Shown piece by piece: positions 10,164-20,120 of a DNA stretch of 64,000 nucleotides. Under the pieces are notes generated by a model that had not been told where the DNA came from, did no database searches, and was given only the letters and a program-made list of their open reading frames with translations. Location of the stretch: the NCBI GenBank assembly GCA_036687665.1, contig JAYYZZ010000003.1, forward strand, positions 132,129-196,128, read 5' to 3'. A program made the position numbers and the translations under genes. Origin of the DNA: Pseudomonadota bacterium. Lineage in GTDB: Bacteria > Pseudomonadota > Gammaproteobacteria > Poriferisulfidales > JAYYZZ01. How positions within the stretch are numbered: position 1 is the stretch's first letter; every line of letters begins with the position of its first letter.

Positions 10164-10192
10164 TTGACACATATGCATTTAACATTTAGACT
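10164..10192 (+). promoter_or_regulatory. Sigma70-like promoter TTGACA-17-TAGACT upstream of rubrerythrin
   Basis: The hexamers and 17-nt spacing were read directly. It lies about 40 nt upstream of ATG 10231. Confidence 0.35.
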
Positions 10193-10230
10193 AGATCTAA
10201 ATCAAACTAGAGAATATGGAGAGGTTAATA

Positions 10231-10650
10231 ATGAGCATAAAAGGGACTAAAACTGAGCAAAATTTAAAAGATGCTTTCGCCGGTGAATCTCAAGCAAACA
10301 GACGTTACTTATATTTTGCAGCTAAGGCCGATGTTGAAGGCTTCAACGACGTGTCAGCGGTTTTTCGTTCGACTGCAGAAGGTGAGACTGGCCACGCACA
10401 TGGGCATCTTGAGTACCTAGAAAGTTGTGGTGATCCAGCTACAGGACTTCCAATTGGTTCTACATCTGATAATTTGAAAGCCGCAATTGCCGGAGAAACA
10501 CACGAATATACTGACATGTATCCGGGAATGGCCAAAACAGCTCGCGAAGAAGATCTCAATGAGGTTGCTGATTGGTTTGAGACGTTGGCTAAAGCTGAAC
10601 GTTCTCATGCAAACCGTTTCCAAAAAGCATTAGACACATTAGATAGTTAA
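10231..10650 (+). CDS. Rubrerythrin-family diiron protein without a rubredoxin domain
   Basis: KTEQNLKDAFAGESQANRRY, EGETGHAHGH, AGETHEYTDMYP and KAERSHANRF give the E / ExxH / ExxE / ExxH diiron ligand pattern. ATG 10231 follows a GGAGAGG SD; the ORF track starts at 10216. Confidence 0.85.
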   Translation: MSIKGTKTEQNLKDAFAGESQANRRYLYFAAKADVEGFNDVSAVFRSTAEGETGHAHGHLEYLESCGDPATGLPIGSTSDNLKAAIAGETHEYTDMYPGMAKTAREEDLNEVADWFETLAKAERSHANRFQKALDTLDS

Positions 10651-10737
10651 TTTTGCATCCAAATAGAAGCTGTCAAGCATATGCTGAAAATAGTATGTGT
10701 AAAGGTAGTGATGTGTTTTTAAAAATTACGAGCGAAA

Positions 10738-12069
10738 ATGAAATATAAAGAAGGGAGTCTAAATACTCCAATAAGACATGCAATTGATTGGAAAAATCAA
10801 GAATTTTACGATGAGGCGGCGCTCGAAAATGAGTTAGAAAGAGTTTTTGATATTTGCCATGGATGCAGAAGGTGTGTAAGTTTGTGCAATGCATTTCCAA
10901 CATTGTTTGACCTGATAGATGAGTCGGAGACAATGGAAGTCGACGGCGTTAGTAAGCAGGATTACAGCAAAGTTGTGCATAATTGTTATTTATGCGACTT
11001 GTGCTATATGACAAAGTGTCCTTATGTACCCCCACATGAATGGAATGTCGATTTTCCGCATTTAATGTTGCGCGCAAAAGCGGCACTGCATGTGAAAGGC
11101 AACACAAAAACAAGAGATACTGTTTTAACATCTACAGACCAGGTTGGTAAATTTTTTGGTATTCCAATTGTTGCTCAGATTTCAAATAAAGCTAGTTCTC
11201 AGAAATGGGTCAGAAAGCTGCTAGAGAAGTTTTTTGGTATTCATCATTTGGCTGTACTTCCTAAATATACAAGCAGATCTGCGAGGCATCAATTTAATAA
11301 TTATGTGACTCCTCACAGGAAAGCAAATTCTGATGAAAATACAACTGGTAAAGTTGCAGTTTTTACAACATGTTATGGTAACTATAATGACCCTTCTTTA
11401 GTCAAGGATCTTATAAAGATTCTTGAACATAATGGCATAGTTGTAAAAATTGTAGAAAAGGAAGTTTGCTGTGGAATGCCTAAGCTGGAGCTGGGGGATT
11501 TGCAGTCCGTTGACGATTTAAAAACGCAGAATATGCATCAACTTGCACAATTAGTTAAAGAGGGCTGGGATGTTGTAGCGCCAATCCCGTCATGTGTTTT
11601 GATGTTTAAACAAGAATTACCATTAATGAACCCCAAAGACAAAGAACTGAGTATAGTTGCAAAACATATTTTTGATCCCTTTGAGTATTTAGCCTTAAGA
11701 AATAAGTCTGGTAACCTAAAAACAGATTTTAAAAATACACTTGGTAAAATTAGTTACCATGCTGCATGCCATTTGCGTGTTCAGAACATGGGATTGAAAA
11801 CGCGCGATATCCTATCCTTAGTTCCTCAGACGGAGTTGCAAGTGATTGAGCGATGTTCTGGCCATAATGGCACTTATGCTGTCAAAGAAGAGTTCCATGA
11901 TATCTCAATGAAAATTTGTAAACCTGTAAGCGATAAAATTGATGCTTTCAATCCTGATCACTACACAAGCGATTGCCCAATGGCAGGGCAGCAGATAAAA
12001 AGCAATCTCAAAGGTTCAGGGTCCCCTCAGCACCCATTAACTTTATTGTGTTTTGCTTATGGTTTATAA
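10738..12069 (+). CDS. Fe-S oxidoreductase with two ferredoxin-type clusters plus CCG (HdrD/GlpC-like) domains
   Basis: Cys clusters CHGCRRCVSLC and CYLCDLCYMTKCP are followed by VCCGMP and a second, degenerate Cys-rich domain. Confidence 0.8.
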   Translation: MKYKEGSLNTPIRHAIDWKNQEFYDEAALENELERVFDICHGCRRCVSLCNAFPTLFDLIDESETMEVDGVSKQDYSKVVHNCYLCDLCYMTKCPYVPPHEWNVDFPHLMLRAKAALHVKGNTKTRDTVLTSTDQVGKFFGIPIVAQISNKASSQKWVRKLLEKFFGIHHLAVLPKYTSRSARHQFNNYVTPHRKANSDENTTGKVAVFTTCYGNYNDPSLVKDLIKILEHNGIVVKIVEKEVCCGMPKLELGDLQSVDDLKTQNMHQLAQLVKEGWDVVAPIPSCVLMFKQELPLMNPKDKELSIVAKHIFDPFEYLALRNKSGNLKTDFKNTLGKISYHAACHLRVQNMGLKTRDILSLVPQTELQVIERCSGHNGTYAVKEEFHDISMKICKPVSDKIDAFNPDHYTSDCPMAGQQIKSNLKGSGSPQHPLTLLCFAYGL

Positions 12070-12084
12070 AAATATACAAGAATT

Positions 12085-12669
12085 ATGCAGACTCTAGCGC
12101 ACAAAGATTTATTTTCATTGGAAGATTATGATAAGCAACGTGATAGCTTTCGCGAACGTATCATACTGCATAAAAAAAATAGAATAATATTTCTTAATGA
12201 GAATGCTAGTTTGCATTTTGAGGACAGATTAACCATGCAGTACCAAATTCAAGAAATGCTAAGGGCTGAAAAAATTTTTGAATCAGAATTAATACAAGAG
12301 GAGCTAGATGCATATAATCCATTGATTCCTGATGGGACAAATTGGAAAGCTACTTTTATGTTGCAATACTCAGATGTGGCAGAGAGAAAACACTGGCTCC
12401 AAAAATTAACTGGAATTGAAAATCATGTTTGGGTCAGAGTAGGAGATAACCAATTAGTTTATCCAATCTCTAATGAAGATATGGAGCGCACAACTGAAGA
12501 TAAAACATCATCGGTTCATTTTATGCGGTTTGAACTCACAAAAGGCATGGTGGGTGATGCCCAAGCAGGCGCTAACATATCAATGGGAATAGATCATCCC
12601 GAGTTTATAGTTAATATAAATAAATTACCCGATGAGATTAGGGCGTCTCTTATCAGCGATCTTGATTAG
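12085..12669 (+). CDS. DUF3501-like protein
   Basis: 194 aa. The family assignment is from memory of the N-terminal pattern and of its usual neighbours (rubrerythrin and a CCG Fe-S protein). Confidence 0.65.
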   Translation: MQTLAHKDLFSLEDYDKQRDSFRERIILHKKNRIIFLNENASLHFEDRLTMQYQIQEMLRAEKIFESELIQEELDAYNPLIPDGTNWKATFMLQYSDVAERKHWLQKLTGIENHVWVRVGDNQLVYPISNEDMERTTEDKTSSVHFMRFELTKGMVGDAQAGANISMGIDHPEFIVNINKLPDEIRASLISDLD

Positions 12670-13516
12670 TGTTTGGAATTTGATCAAAAATAATATTTTC
12701 TTTTCCGTTGTAAACTAAGAAAGCTTTCCCTTTTGCTCTTGCAATCATTGTGACATTAAGATCTTGTGCAAGTTCCAACCCCATGTGTGTGACACCGGAT
12801 CTAGACAATAATATAGGTATTCCCATATTTGCAACTTTCATTACAATCTCAGAAGTGAGACGACCAGTTGTATAAAATATCTTATCGTTGCCATCAATTC
12901 TATCTAGCCACATTTTCCCTGCAATTGAATCAGCAGCATTATGCCTTCCGACATCTTCAACAAAAGAAACCACTCTTGTTTCTTTGCATAATGCGCAGCC
13001 ATGTACAGCGCCGGCTTTCTTGTATATGTCGTTATATTGTATAAGTTCGCGCAAGAGCGCGTATATTAAAGATTGCTTAACCTTCGCTACTTGGGGTAGT
13101 TTCGAATTATAGATTTTGTCAAGACTGCAGCTAAAAACTGTTCCCTGCCCACATCCTGTTGTTACAGTTCTTTTTGAAAGTTTTTCTTTCCAGTCTACCT
13201 TTTCCTCTTGATTCACCGTTTTCACAAAAACAGTTTCTTTATCCCAGTTCACGTTCACAGATTCAATGTCTTCAATATTTTCGAAGAAATGCTGATTCTT
13301 AAGATATCCGAGCGCAAGTTCTTCTGGTGACATACCAATAGTCATTAATGTAACAATTTCTGTTTCATTTATTTTTATAGTTAGCGGAAGCTCTCCAGCT
13401 ACATCTACTATTTTTTCTTTACCGGCATTATCATATGCAGTAATTGAATGCGTTGGAGGTATCCCAGATTGTGACATCTTTGGAATATAGTTATCTTGTA
13501 TATGTTTGTGTTTCAT
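12653..13516 (-). CDS. fdhD: Formate dehydrogenase accessory sulfurtransferase FdhD
   Basis: VEDVGRHNAADS motif and a C-terminal TTGRLTSEIV...SRSG pattern. Confidence 0.85.
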   Translation of the reverse strand: MKHKHIQDNYIPKMSQSGIPPTHSITAYDNAGKEKIVDVAGELPLTIKINETEIVTLMTIGMSPEELALGYLKNQHFFENIEDIESVNVNWDKETVFVKTVNQEEKVDWKEKLSKRTVTTGCGQGTVFSCSLDKIYNSKLPQVAKVKQSLIYALLRELIQYNDIYKKAGAVHGCALCKETRVVSFVEDVGRHNAADSIAGKMWLDRIDGNDKIFYTTGRLTSEIVMKVANMGIPILLSRSGVTHMGLELAQDLNVTMIARAKGKAFLVYNGKENIIFDQIPNTNQDR

Positions 13517-13520
13517 ATTT

Positions 13521-14810
13521 TTAATCTACATCGTGGTTCGTTTGCACCAAGTCATTTTTGAGGCGCGGGGATATGCGAACAGTTTTCACTGTGTTGTCTG
13601 ATGTTTTAATAATTTCTACAGGGTAGCCGTCAATTAACATGCTTGTTCCTGGCCCGGGTATTTGTTCCATGTGCTCTAACACAAGACCATTCATTGTTCT
13701 TGGACCATTTGCATGAAATTCACACCCTAGCATTTTATTTATTTCACGCACATGAAGACTTCCGTCAAGCAAGAACGTCCCGTCTTTTTGTGGATAAATA
13801 TTTGTACTGATGGTATTTGGGTCGCTGGTAAATTCCCCGACAATCTCCTCAAGAAGGTCTTCTAAGGTAACAAGACCAAGTATATCTCCATATTCGTCAA
13901 CAATTAGGCCTATACGTCGCTTCTCTCTTTGAAAGTTTACAAGCTGTTGGTTTAATGTTGTCCCGGTGGGAATATAATATGCATCCCTTAAAGCACTACG
14001 CAGTTTCTCTAATGTGAGCTCTTCACTAATGATTAGTGACAAAATTCTACGTACATGCAGAACCCCTTTAATATTATCCACACTGTCTTTATAAACAGGT
14101 AGTCGCGTAAAGATAGGATTTTTTAATTGCTCAATTATGTTATCCCAATCATCGCTAATATCTATCCCTACGATCTCATTTCGAGGGACCATGATATCCT
14201 CAACCGTTTCTTTTTCTAGATCTAATATACTAAGCAACATATTATGATATCTGCTTGGAAGCAGCCCCCGTGCTTCGAAAACAACACTACGTAACTCTTC
14301 TCTGTTCAGGGCTATTTCTGCATTTTTTTTATTTAAACCAAATAGCCTGAGCAGACTATTTGCGAACAAGTTGATAGTCCAAATTAAAGGGTAAGTTACT
14401 GTTAGGAGTGGTTTATATATTAAAGCAGCAGGGTAGGCTATCTTTTCTGCATGCAATGCAGCAAGTGTTTTTGGGGCAAGCTCAGCAAATATTAAAATGA
14501 GCAGTGTTAGCAGGCCGGTTGCAATTGCAACACCTATTTCCCCATATAGGACAAAACCCAAATAGGTAGAAATTTGTATAATTACTATATTTACAAAATT
14601 GTTTCCAAGTAAAATCAAACCAATTAATCGATCTGGTTTATCAAGCAGTTTTTTTGCACTAATTGCGCCGGCATGACCTTCGTTTGCCAAATGGCGCATG
14701 CGATAACGGTTCAGAGCCATTAAGGCTGTTTCTGATCCCGAAAAGAATGCTGAAAGCAAAAAGAGAAAAAACAACAGCGCTGACAGAGCGCTTACAGAGA
14801 TGCCGTCCAA
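13521..14810 (-). CDS. HlyC/CorC-family (DUF21-CBS-CorC) transporter
   Basis: N-terminal 4-TM DUF21 domain, a CBS pair (MVPRNEIVGIDI...) and a CorC_HlyC C-terminus. It neighbours ypjD, as yfjD does in E. coli. Confidence 0.9.
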   Translation of the reverse strand: MDGISVSALSALLFFLFLLSAFFSGSETALMALNRYRMRHLANEGHAGAISAKKLLDKPDRLIGLILLGNNFVNIVIIQISTYLGFVLYGEIGVAIATGLLTLLILIFAELAPKTLAALHAEKIAYPAALIYKPLLTVTYPLIWTINLFANSLLRLFGLNKKNAEIALNREELRSVVFEARGLLPSRYHNMLLSILDLEKETVEDIMVPRNEIVGIDISDDWDNIIEQLKNPIFTRLPVYKDSVDNIKGVLHVRRILSLIISEELTLEKLRSALRDAYYIPTGTTLNQQLVNFQREKRRIGLIVDEYGDILGLVTLEDLLEEIVGEFTSDPNTISTNIYPQKDGTFLLDGSLHVREINKMLGCEFHANGPRTMNGLVLEHMEQIPGPGTSMLIDGYPVEIIKTSDNTVKTVRISPRLKNDLVQTNHDVD

Positions 14811-14880
14811 AAGTTATGTATACCTCATTTATTCAAGGGGTTGTTATTTTACCTTTTACAGGATTGAGTGCAAACAAGAG

Positions 14881-15678
14881 TTAGCTATTTTTATTTAAGA
14901 TTAGCTCCATAACGAATTTGCTGCCAAAATAGGCCAAAAAGAGACATAAGAAGCCATAAAAGGCATACTTTGCAGCGTATTTTCCTCTCCACCCATGTTT
15001 CCATTTACCCCATAACAGCGCAACAAAAATCATCCAAGCCACGATAGACAAAATAGTTTTGTGTGCTAGGTGCTGAATAAACATATCATCTAGGAATACA
15101 AAACCACTGATTAAACTTACAGATAACAAAAAAACACCAATACCTATCAAATCAAATAAAAAAGCTTCCATCGCCTCAAGTGACGGTAGTGAATATGAAA
15201 ACCACTTTAAATCTTTGTTTTTTAATTGGCGGTCTTGGAGAATTATTAATAAAGATTGTGTCGCAGCGATAGCTAAAAAACTATAGGCTGCCAAGGAAAG
15301 CGCTACATGGATATTGATTGCTTCTGCGATGATTAGAGTTGTATTTTGAGGCTGTAAGGCAGAGATTAATAAGATAGCTGAGGTGGCAGGAAGTAAAATA
15401 AGCCCAAGATAAGTTAAGGATGTTCTCAGAGAGAGCAGGAGAGCAAGGCTAGTGAGAGTTACAGAAACTAGCAGCAGGGCATTGAAAAAATTTAAATTTA
15501 ACCCCTCAGTAGTAAAAATTGTTGGATAAATATATAAAATATGTAAGGCTATAGCTAAAAACCACAATGGAAAAAATATGCGCTCATAGCTTTTTTGTGT
15601 CCCGCTCTTATTCCGCATATGTAAGAAAAGGAATATTGCTGCAAGCATGTATGTGGCTATTGCTAATATTAAAATCAT
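14881..15678 (-). CDS. CcsA/YpjD-family inner membrane protein
   Basis: 265-aa polytopic protein with the C-terminal pattern WGKWKHGWRGKYAAKY typical of YpjD-like proteins. Confidence 0.75.
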   Translation of the reverse strand: MILILAIATYMLAAIFLFLHMRNKSGTQKSYERIFFPLWFLAIALHILYIYPTIFTTEGLNLNFFNALLLVSVTLTSLALLLSLRTSLTYLGLILLPATSAILLISALQPQNTTLIIAEAINIHVALSLAAYSFLAIAATQSLLIILQDRQLKNKDLKWFSYSLPSLEAMEAFLFDLIGIGVFLLSVSLISGFVFLDDMFIQHLAHKTILSIVAWMIFVALLWGKWKHGWRGKYAAKYAFYGFLCLFLAYFGSKFVMELILNKNS

Positions 15679-15701
15679 AAAATTAAACTAACATTCGTAA
15701 A

Positions 15702-17660
15702 ATGCAAAGTGTACACAATACTGGACGGATTTATAGATTTATATGTAAGTTATGCTTTATATTTATAGTTTTATTTTACGCTGCTTTATATTCAGAACAA
15801 GTATATCCAAAATCAATAGATACACTAAGAGCTGAGTATGTGAAAGCGAATCAGGCTCTTAAGTCACGGCAAATTACAAAGTTTCATAAAATCAGAAAAA
15901 CTTTACTTGATTACCCCCTGTATCCATACCTTGTTTATTCAAATATTACGCGGCGCATATCAAGAGCTAAAGAAACTGAGGTCACGCATTTTTTAAAAAC
16001 ATATCCAGATATCCATTTGACTGAAACCTTAAGAAAGAAGTGGTTGTATGCCCTCGCGCGGAGAGGAAAATGGGACGTGTTTACTAAATTTTATACTGAT
16101 GTAGGTTCAGCTGCTCTTAGTTGCTTGCATGTAAAGGCAAAAATAAAGCTAAATTATAATTCTAGTTTAGCAGGTGAAATTGAGAAAGTATGGTTACACG
16201 GCAAGTCGCAGCCCAAAGAATGTGATTATGTTTTCCGGGTAGCTGAAAAAAAAGGATATTTATCAAAAGAGCTGATATTGCAGCGTATTTTTCTAGCGAT
16301 TGCTAATGGTAATAGAAATTTGAGTCTTTATCTGTCTAGAAAGTTACCGAAGGCTGAAAAGGAGTGGATTGATTTCTGGGTAAAAGCGCACCGGTCCCCA
16401 AAAAAATATTTAAAACATAAAAAACTAAAAGTTGATAATCGTTTATCAAGACATGTTATTGCTCATAGCCTTATTAGGCTAGCCAGAAAAGATGCATTAA
16501 CCGCAACTAGTTTTTGGAAAAAATATAAGAGTTATAAGTTCGGCCCAGAATGGTCTCATCAGATAGAAAGAGATATTGCAATCGCATCTGTGCGTAGCCG
16601 GCAGAAAGCAGCAAAAGCTATTATGGATATGGTGGTAAGCGAAGCTCGTAACGGCGAGTATTATCTTTGGTTATGCGAGTATGCAATTCAGAATCAAGAT
16701 TGGTATACGCTCTATAATAATATTGATAGGCTGCAAAAAAACGAAAGAAACAGAAATAAATGGAAATATTGGGAAGCAAAGGCTAATTTTGCAGTAGGTC
16801 AAAAAGAAAAAGCAACCGCAATCTTTTCTGAGCTTACTCAAACAAGAGGGTATTATGGATTTTTAGCAGCAGAGCTCGTTGGCGTTCAATATAAACTAAA
16901 TCACCAGCCGCTTGAGTTTTCTAGACAGTACATAGAAGCGATAAAGACCATTCCTATTTTCGCAAGAATTCAGGAACTCAAAAACGTGGGCGAACATCTG
17001 AACGCAAAACGTGAGTTTCGTTATCTTATTAACTCCAAGGACAATGAATTAGTCAACGCAGTCGCGTTACTTTTATATAATCAGGGCGATTATAGTTTTG
17101 CAATCAGAGCATTAGGTGCGACAAAGTATTTTAATGATCTGACGATGCGCTTCCCCTTACCTTTTAAAAACCTTTTTAAAAAACATGCAAATAAATCGGG
17201 TTTAGATTTAGCATGGCTATATGCAGTTGCAAGGCGTGAGAGCGCATTTGATGCTGCAGTTGTTTCACCTGCAGGTGCTACCGGGCTGATGCAGCTGATG
17301 CCCCGAACGGCGAAACTGATGGCGAAAAAACTTAAGTTAAAAAAACCATACCGCCGGCATTTAAAAAAACCAAATTTAAATATTATTCTTGGTGTTGCGT
17401 ATCTAAAGAGAATGCTAAAAAGATATAAAGGGAACCTTGTGTTAGCATTAGCAGCATATAATGCCGGACCTCACAGAGTTGACAAATGGTTGCCTTATCA
17501 AAAAACTCCAGCTGACATATGGATTGAGTCTATACCTATAACTGAGACACGCCTTTATGTGAAGTTTGTAATGGAATATATATCTATCTATGAATGGCGA
17601 CTTAAAAAACAATTTTCAAGTATTAGAAAACGCATGCATGCTGTTAAGAGCAATTATTAA
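15702..17660 (+). CDS. slt: Soluble lytic murein transglycosylase (Slt70-like)
   Basis: Long helical superhelix followed by the SLT catalytic motif RRESAFDAAVVSPAGATGLMQLMP...AYNAGP. Confidence 0.85.
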   Translation: MQSVHNTGRIYRFICKLCFIFIVLFYAALYSEQVYPKSIDTLRAEYVKANQALKSRQITKFHKIRKTLLDYPLYPYLVYSNITRRISRAKETEVTHFLKTYPDIHLTETLRKKWLYALARRGKWDVFTKFYTDVGSAALSCLHVKAKIKLNYNSSLAGEIEKVWLHGKSQPKECDYVFRVAEKKGYLSKELILQRIFLAIANGNRNLSLYLSRKLPKAEKEWIDFWVKAHRSPKKYLKHKKLKVDNRLSRHVIAHSLIRLARKDALTATSFWKKYKSYKFGPEWSHQIERDIAIASVRSRQKAAKAIMDMVVSEARNGEYYLWLCEYAIQNQDWYTLYNNIDRLQKNERNRNKWKYWEAKANFAVGQKEKATAIFSELTQTRGYYGFLAAELVGVQYKLNHQPLEFSRQYIEAIKTIPIFARIQELKNVGEHLNAKREFRYLINSKDNELVNAVALLLYNQGDYSFAIRALGATKYFNDLTMRFPLPFKNLFKKHANKSGLDLAWLYAVARRESAFDAAVVSPAGATGLMQLMPRTAKLMAKKLKLKKPYRRHLKKPNLNIILGVAYLKRMLKRYKGNLVLALAAYNAGPHRVDKWLPYQKTPADIWIESIPITETRLYVKFVMEYISIYEWRLKKQFSSIRKRMHAVKSNY

Positions 17661-17668
17661 CGGCAAGA

Positions 17669-18955
17669 TTATTTCTTCGCAGCATTAAGGGCTTGGTCGA
17701 TATCTTCTAGTAAATCTTCGATGTGCTCGAGGCCGATAGATAATCTCACTAGGTCAGGAGTTACTCCTGCTGTTTTCATTTCCTCACTATTTAACTGCCT
17801 GTGTGTTGTTGTTGCAGGATGACATGCGAGGGACTTTGCGTCACCAATATTTACTAAACGCACAATAAGCTTTAGAGCGTCTATAAATTTTGCGCCTGCT
17901 AAAGAACCACCTTTTATGCCAAAACTTAAAATTGCAGATGGTTTTCCATTCATATATTTTTTCGCAAGCGAGTTATGTGGGTGGTTTTTCAATCCGGCGT
18001 AATTTACCCACTCAACCTCAGAATGTGATTCCAAGTGTTTTGCCACAGATAAAGCATTCTCGCAATGACGATCCATACGCACCGGCAAACTTTCGATACC
18101 TTGCAAGACTAGAAAGCTATTAAATGGTGATATTGCTGCACCCATGTTTCGTAAAGGCACAACACGGGCACGCCCGATAAAAGCTTGGTCCTTCATAGCT
18201 TCTGTATATACGATCCCATGATATGAAGGGTCTGGGTTACACATAACAGGAAAACGTGCTCCATGTTCGGCCCAAGGGAATTTACCAGAGTCAATAATAA
18301 TTCCGCCTATCGTTGTGCCATGCCCACCCATATATTTTGTCAATGAGTGAACGACGATGTCAGCACCACTTTCAAATGGCCTACACAAATATGGAGTTGG
18401 CACTGTGTTATCAACAACTAATGGTACACCAAAGGACTGAGTCATCTTGGCGGCAGCTTCAAGATCTATTATATTACCCGCAGGATTACCAATTGATTCG
18501 CAAAATACTAGCTTTGTTTTTTTGTCAATTAGTTTAGATAAACTTTCAATATCCTCTGCATCTCCAAATTTGACTTGTATACCAAGGCTTGGAAGAGTGT
18601 GAGCAAATAAATTGTATGTTCCTCCATACAAGCTGCTCGTTGTGACAATATTATCTCCTGAGGCTGCAATTGTAAGTACTGTATTTGTGATTGCAGACAT
18701 TCCTGAAGCTAAAGCCAGACCTCCAACACCGTTCTCCATTGCGCTGACTCGCTGCTCTAGAACATCTGTTGTGGGGTTCATGATTCTAGTGTAGATATTT
18801 CCTTTAACCTTGAGGTCGAACAAATCTGCACCATGTTGCGTATTATCAAACGCATAAGATGTTGTTTGGTAGATAGGTACTGCCACTGCTTTAGTGGTGT
18901 CCTCAGGATCATACCCCGCGTGAATAGCTTTTGTTTCTATTTTCATTTTTTTCAT
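17669..18955 (-). CDS. metY: O-acetylhomoserine aminocarboxypropyltransferase/sulfhydrylase
   Basis: PLP enzyme of the Cys/Met metabolism family, with HSLTKYMGGHGT (PLP lysine) and the NPT..V.E motif. Confidence 0.9.
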   Translation of the reverse strand: MKKMKIETKAIHAGYDPEDTTKAVAVPIYQTTSYAFDNTQHGADLFDLKVKGNIYTRIMNPTTDVLEQRVSAMENGVGGLALASGMSAITNTVLTIAASGDNIVTTSSLYGGTYNLFAHTLPSLGIQVKFGDAEDIESLSKLIDKKTKLVFCESIGNPAGNIIDLEAAAKMTQSFGVPLVVDNTVPTPYLCRPFESGADIVVHSLTKYMGGHGTTIGGIIIDSGKFPWAEHGARFPVMCNPDPSYHGIVYTEAMKDQAFIGRARVVPLRNMGAAISPFNSFLVLQGIESLPVRMDRHCENALSVAKHLESHSEVEWVNYAGLKNHPHNSLAKKYMNGKPSAILSFGIKGGSLAGAKFIDALKLIVRLVNIGDAKSLACHPATTTHRQLNSEEMKTAGVTPDLVRLSIGLEHIEDLLEDIDQALNAAKK

Positions 18956-19000
18956 CTAGTTTTACTATATTTCTATTTTTGCATGAAACCTTTTAACTTC

Positions 19001-19225
19001 CTAGTTTTCTTCAGCTGTAGTTTTTAAGCTTAAAGCATGAATCTCACCGCTTGAGATTTGTTGGTCAACTGTCGCATATACCATTTTATGTTGCTCAATT
19101 GTGGTGATATTTAAAAATTTCTTACAGATAACTGTTGCCTCAAATTTGCCCTCTGAGCCTGTGACGCTTACTTTAGCGCCCTCTAATCCTTGTTCTATAA
19201 GCTGTTTTATTTGCTCTGCAGTCAT
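19001..19225 (-). CDS. BolA/IbaG-family protein
   Basis: 74 aa with the pattern GSEGKFEATVICKKF...IEQHKMVY...GEIHALSLKT. Confidence 0.8.
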   Translation of the reverse strand: MTAEQIKQLIEQGLEGAKVSVTGSEGKFEATVICKKFLNITTIEQHKMVYATVDQQISSGEIHALSLKTTAEEN

Positions 19226-19370
19226 ATAATCACTTTTTATAATTAACCCTTAAAAAGGTTTATTTAGATTTATTTACTAAATACAATTACAATTTTAGTC
19301 TATTTTATGCAAACAATTTATAGAACTTGTAATTATATTTTATGTCAACACGTTTTTAGAGTATTGAACG

Positions 19371-20117
19371 ATGTTATTTAAACAGCTTTTTGAGCCAGAG
19401 TCTTCTACTTATACATACATGTTAGCTTGTGAAGAAAGTGGCAAAACACTACTAATCGACCCTGTTCTTGAGACCGTTGACAGAGATCTTCAATTATTAC
19501 AGGACATGGGGTTAAAGCTGACCCATGTATTAGAGACTCATATACATGCTGATCATCTTACTGGAGCTCTTAAGTTGCGCGCAATAACTGACTGTAAAAT
19601 AGCAGGCCCAGCTTTAGACAACTTGCCTTGCCGCGATATTGGTGTACAAGAGGGTGAGCCATTTGTATTGGGGAGCATCCAAATTAATCCTCTATTTACA
19701 CCCGGGCATACAGACCATCATCATGCATACTTGTTATCGAATAATATGGAAAATAGACTATTTTCTGGCGATGCTTTATTAATCGATTCTTGTGGTAGAA
19801 CTGATTTTCAGCATGGGAGCCCGGAGGATTTATACAAATCCATACATGAAAAATTTTTTACTCTTCCAGACGACACTATAGTTTTTCCATGCCACGATTA
19901 TGCTGGAAAATTTTCGACTACAATAGGTTTGGAAAAAAACGAAAATTCACGTATAGGAAATAAACGTACGCTGCGAGAATTTGTTTCCATCATGAATAGT
20001 TTGAATTTACCTTTTCCGCAAAAAATTGATTATGCAGTACCTGGCAACGAATTATGCGGCAAATGCCCCGACAATGTTCCTGATGAAAAATCTAAAATAT
20101 GCGATAAGCAGGGTTAG
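19371..20117 (+). CDS. MBL-fold persulfide dioxygenase (ETHE1-like)
   Basis: FEPESSTYTYML, THIHADHLTG and the C-terminal AVPGNELCG pattern. Confidence 0.75.
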   Translation: MLFKQLFEPESSTYTYMLACEESGKTLLIDPVLETVDRDLQLLQDMGLKLTHVLETHIHADHLTGALKLRAITDCKIAGPALDNLPCRDIGVQEGEPFVLGSIQINPLFTPGHTDHHHAYLLSNNMENRLFSGDALLIDSCGRTDFQHGSPEDLYKSIHEKFFTLPDDTIVFPCHDYAGKFSTTIGLEKNENSRIGNKRTLREFVSIMNSLNLPFPQKIDYAVPGNELCGKCPDNVPDEKSKICDKQG

Positions 20118-20120
20118 TAC

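Noticed and set aside
10676-10685. 10-bp palindrome AGCATATGCT between the rubrerythrin and Fe-S genes
   Set aside because: It is too short to distinguish from chance, it cannot form a hairpin with a loop, and no second copy was seen.
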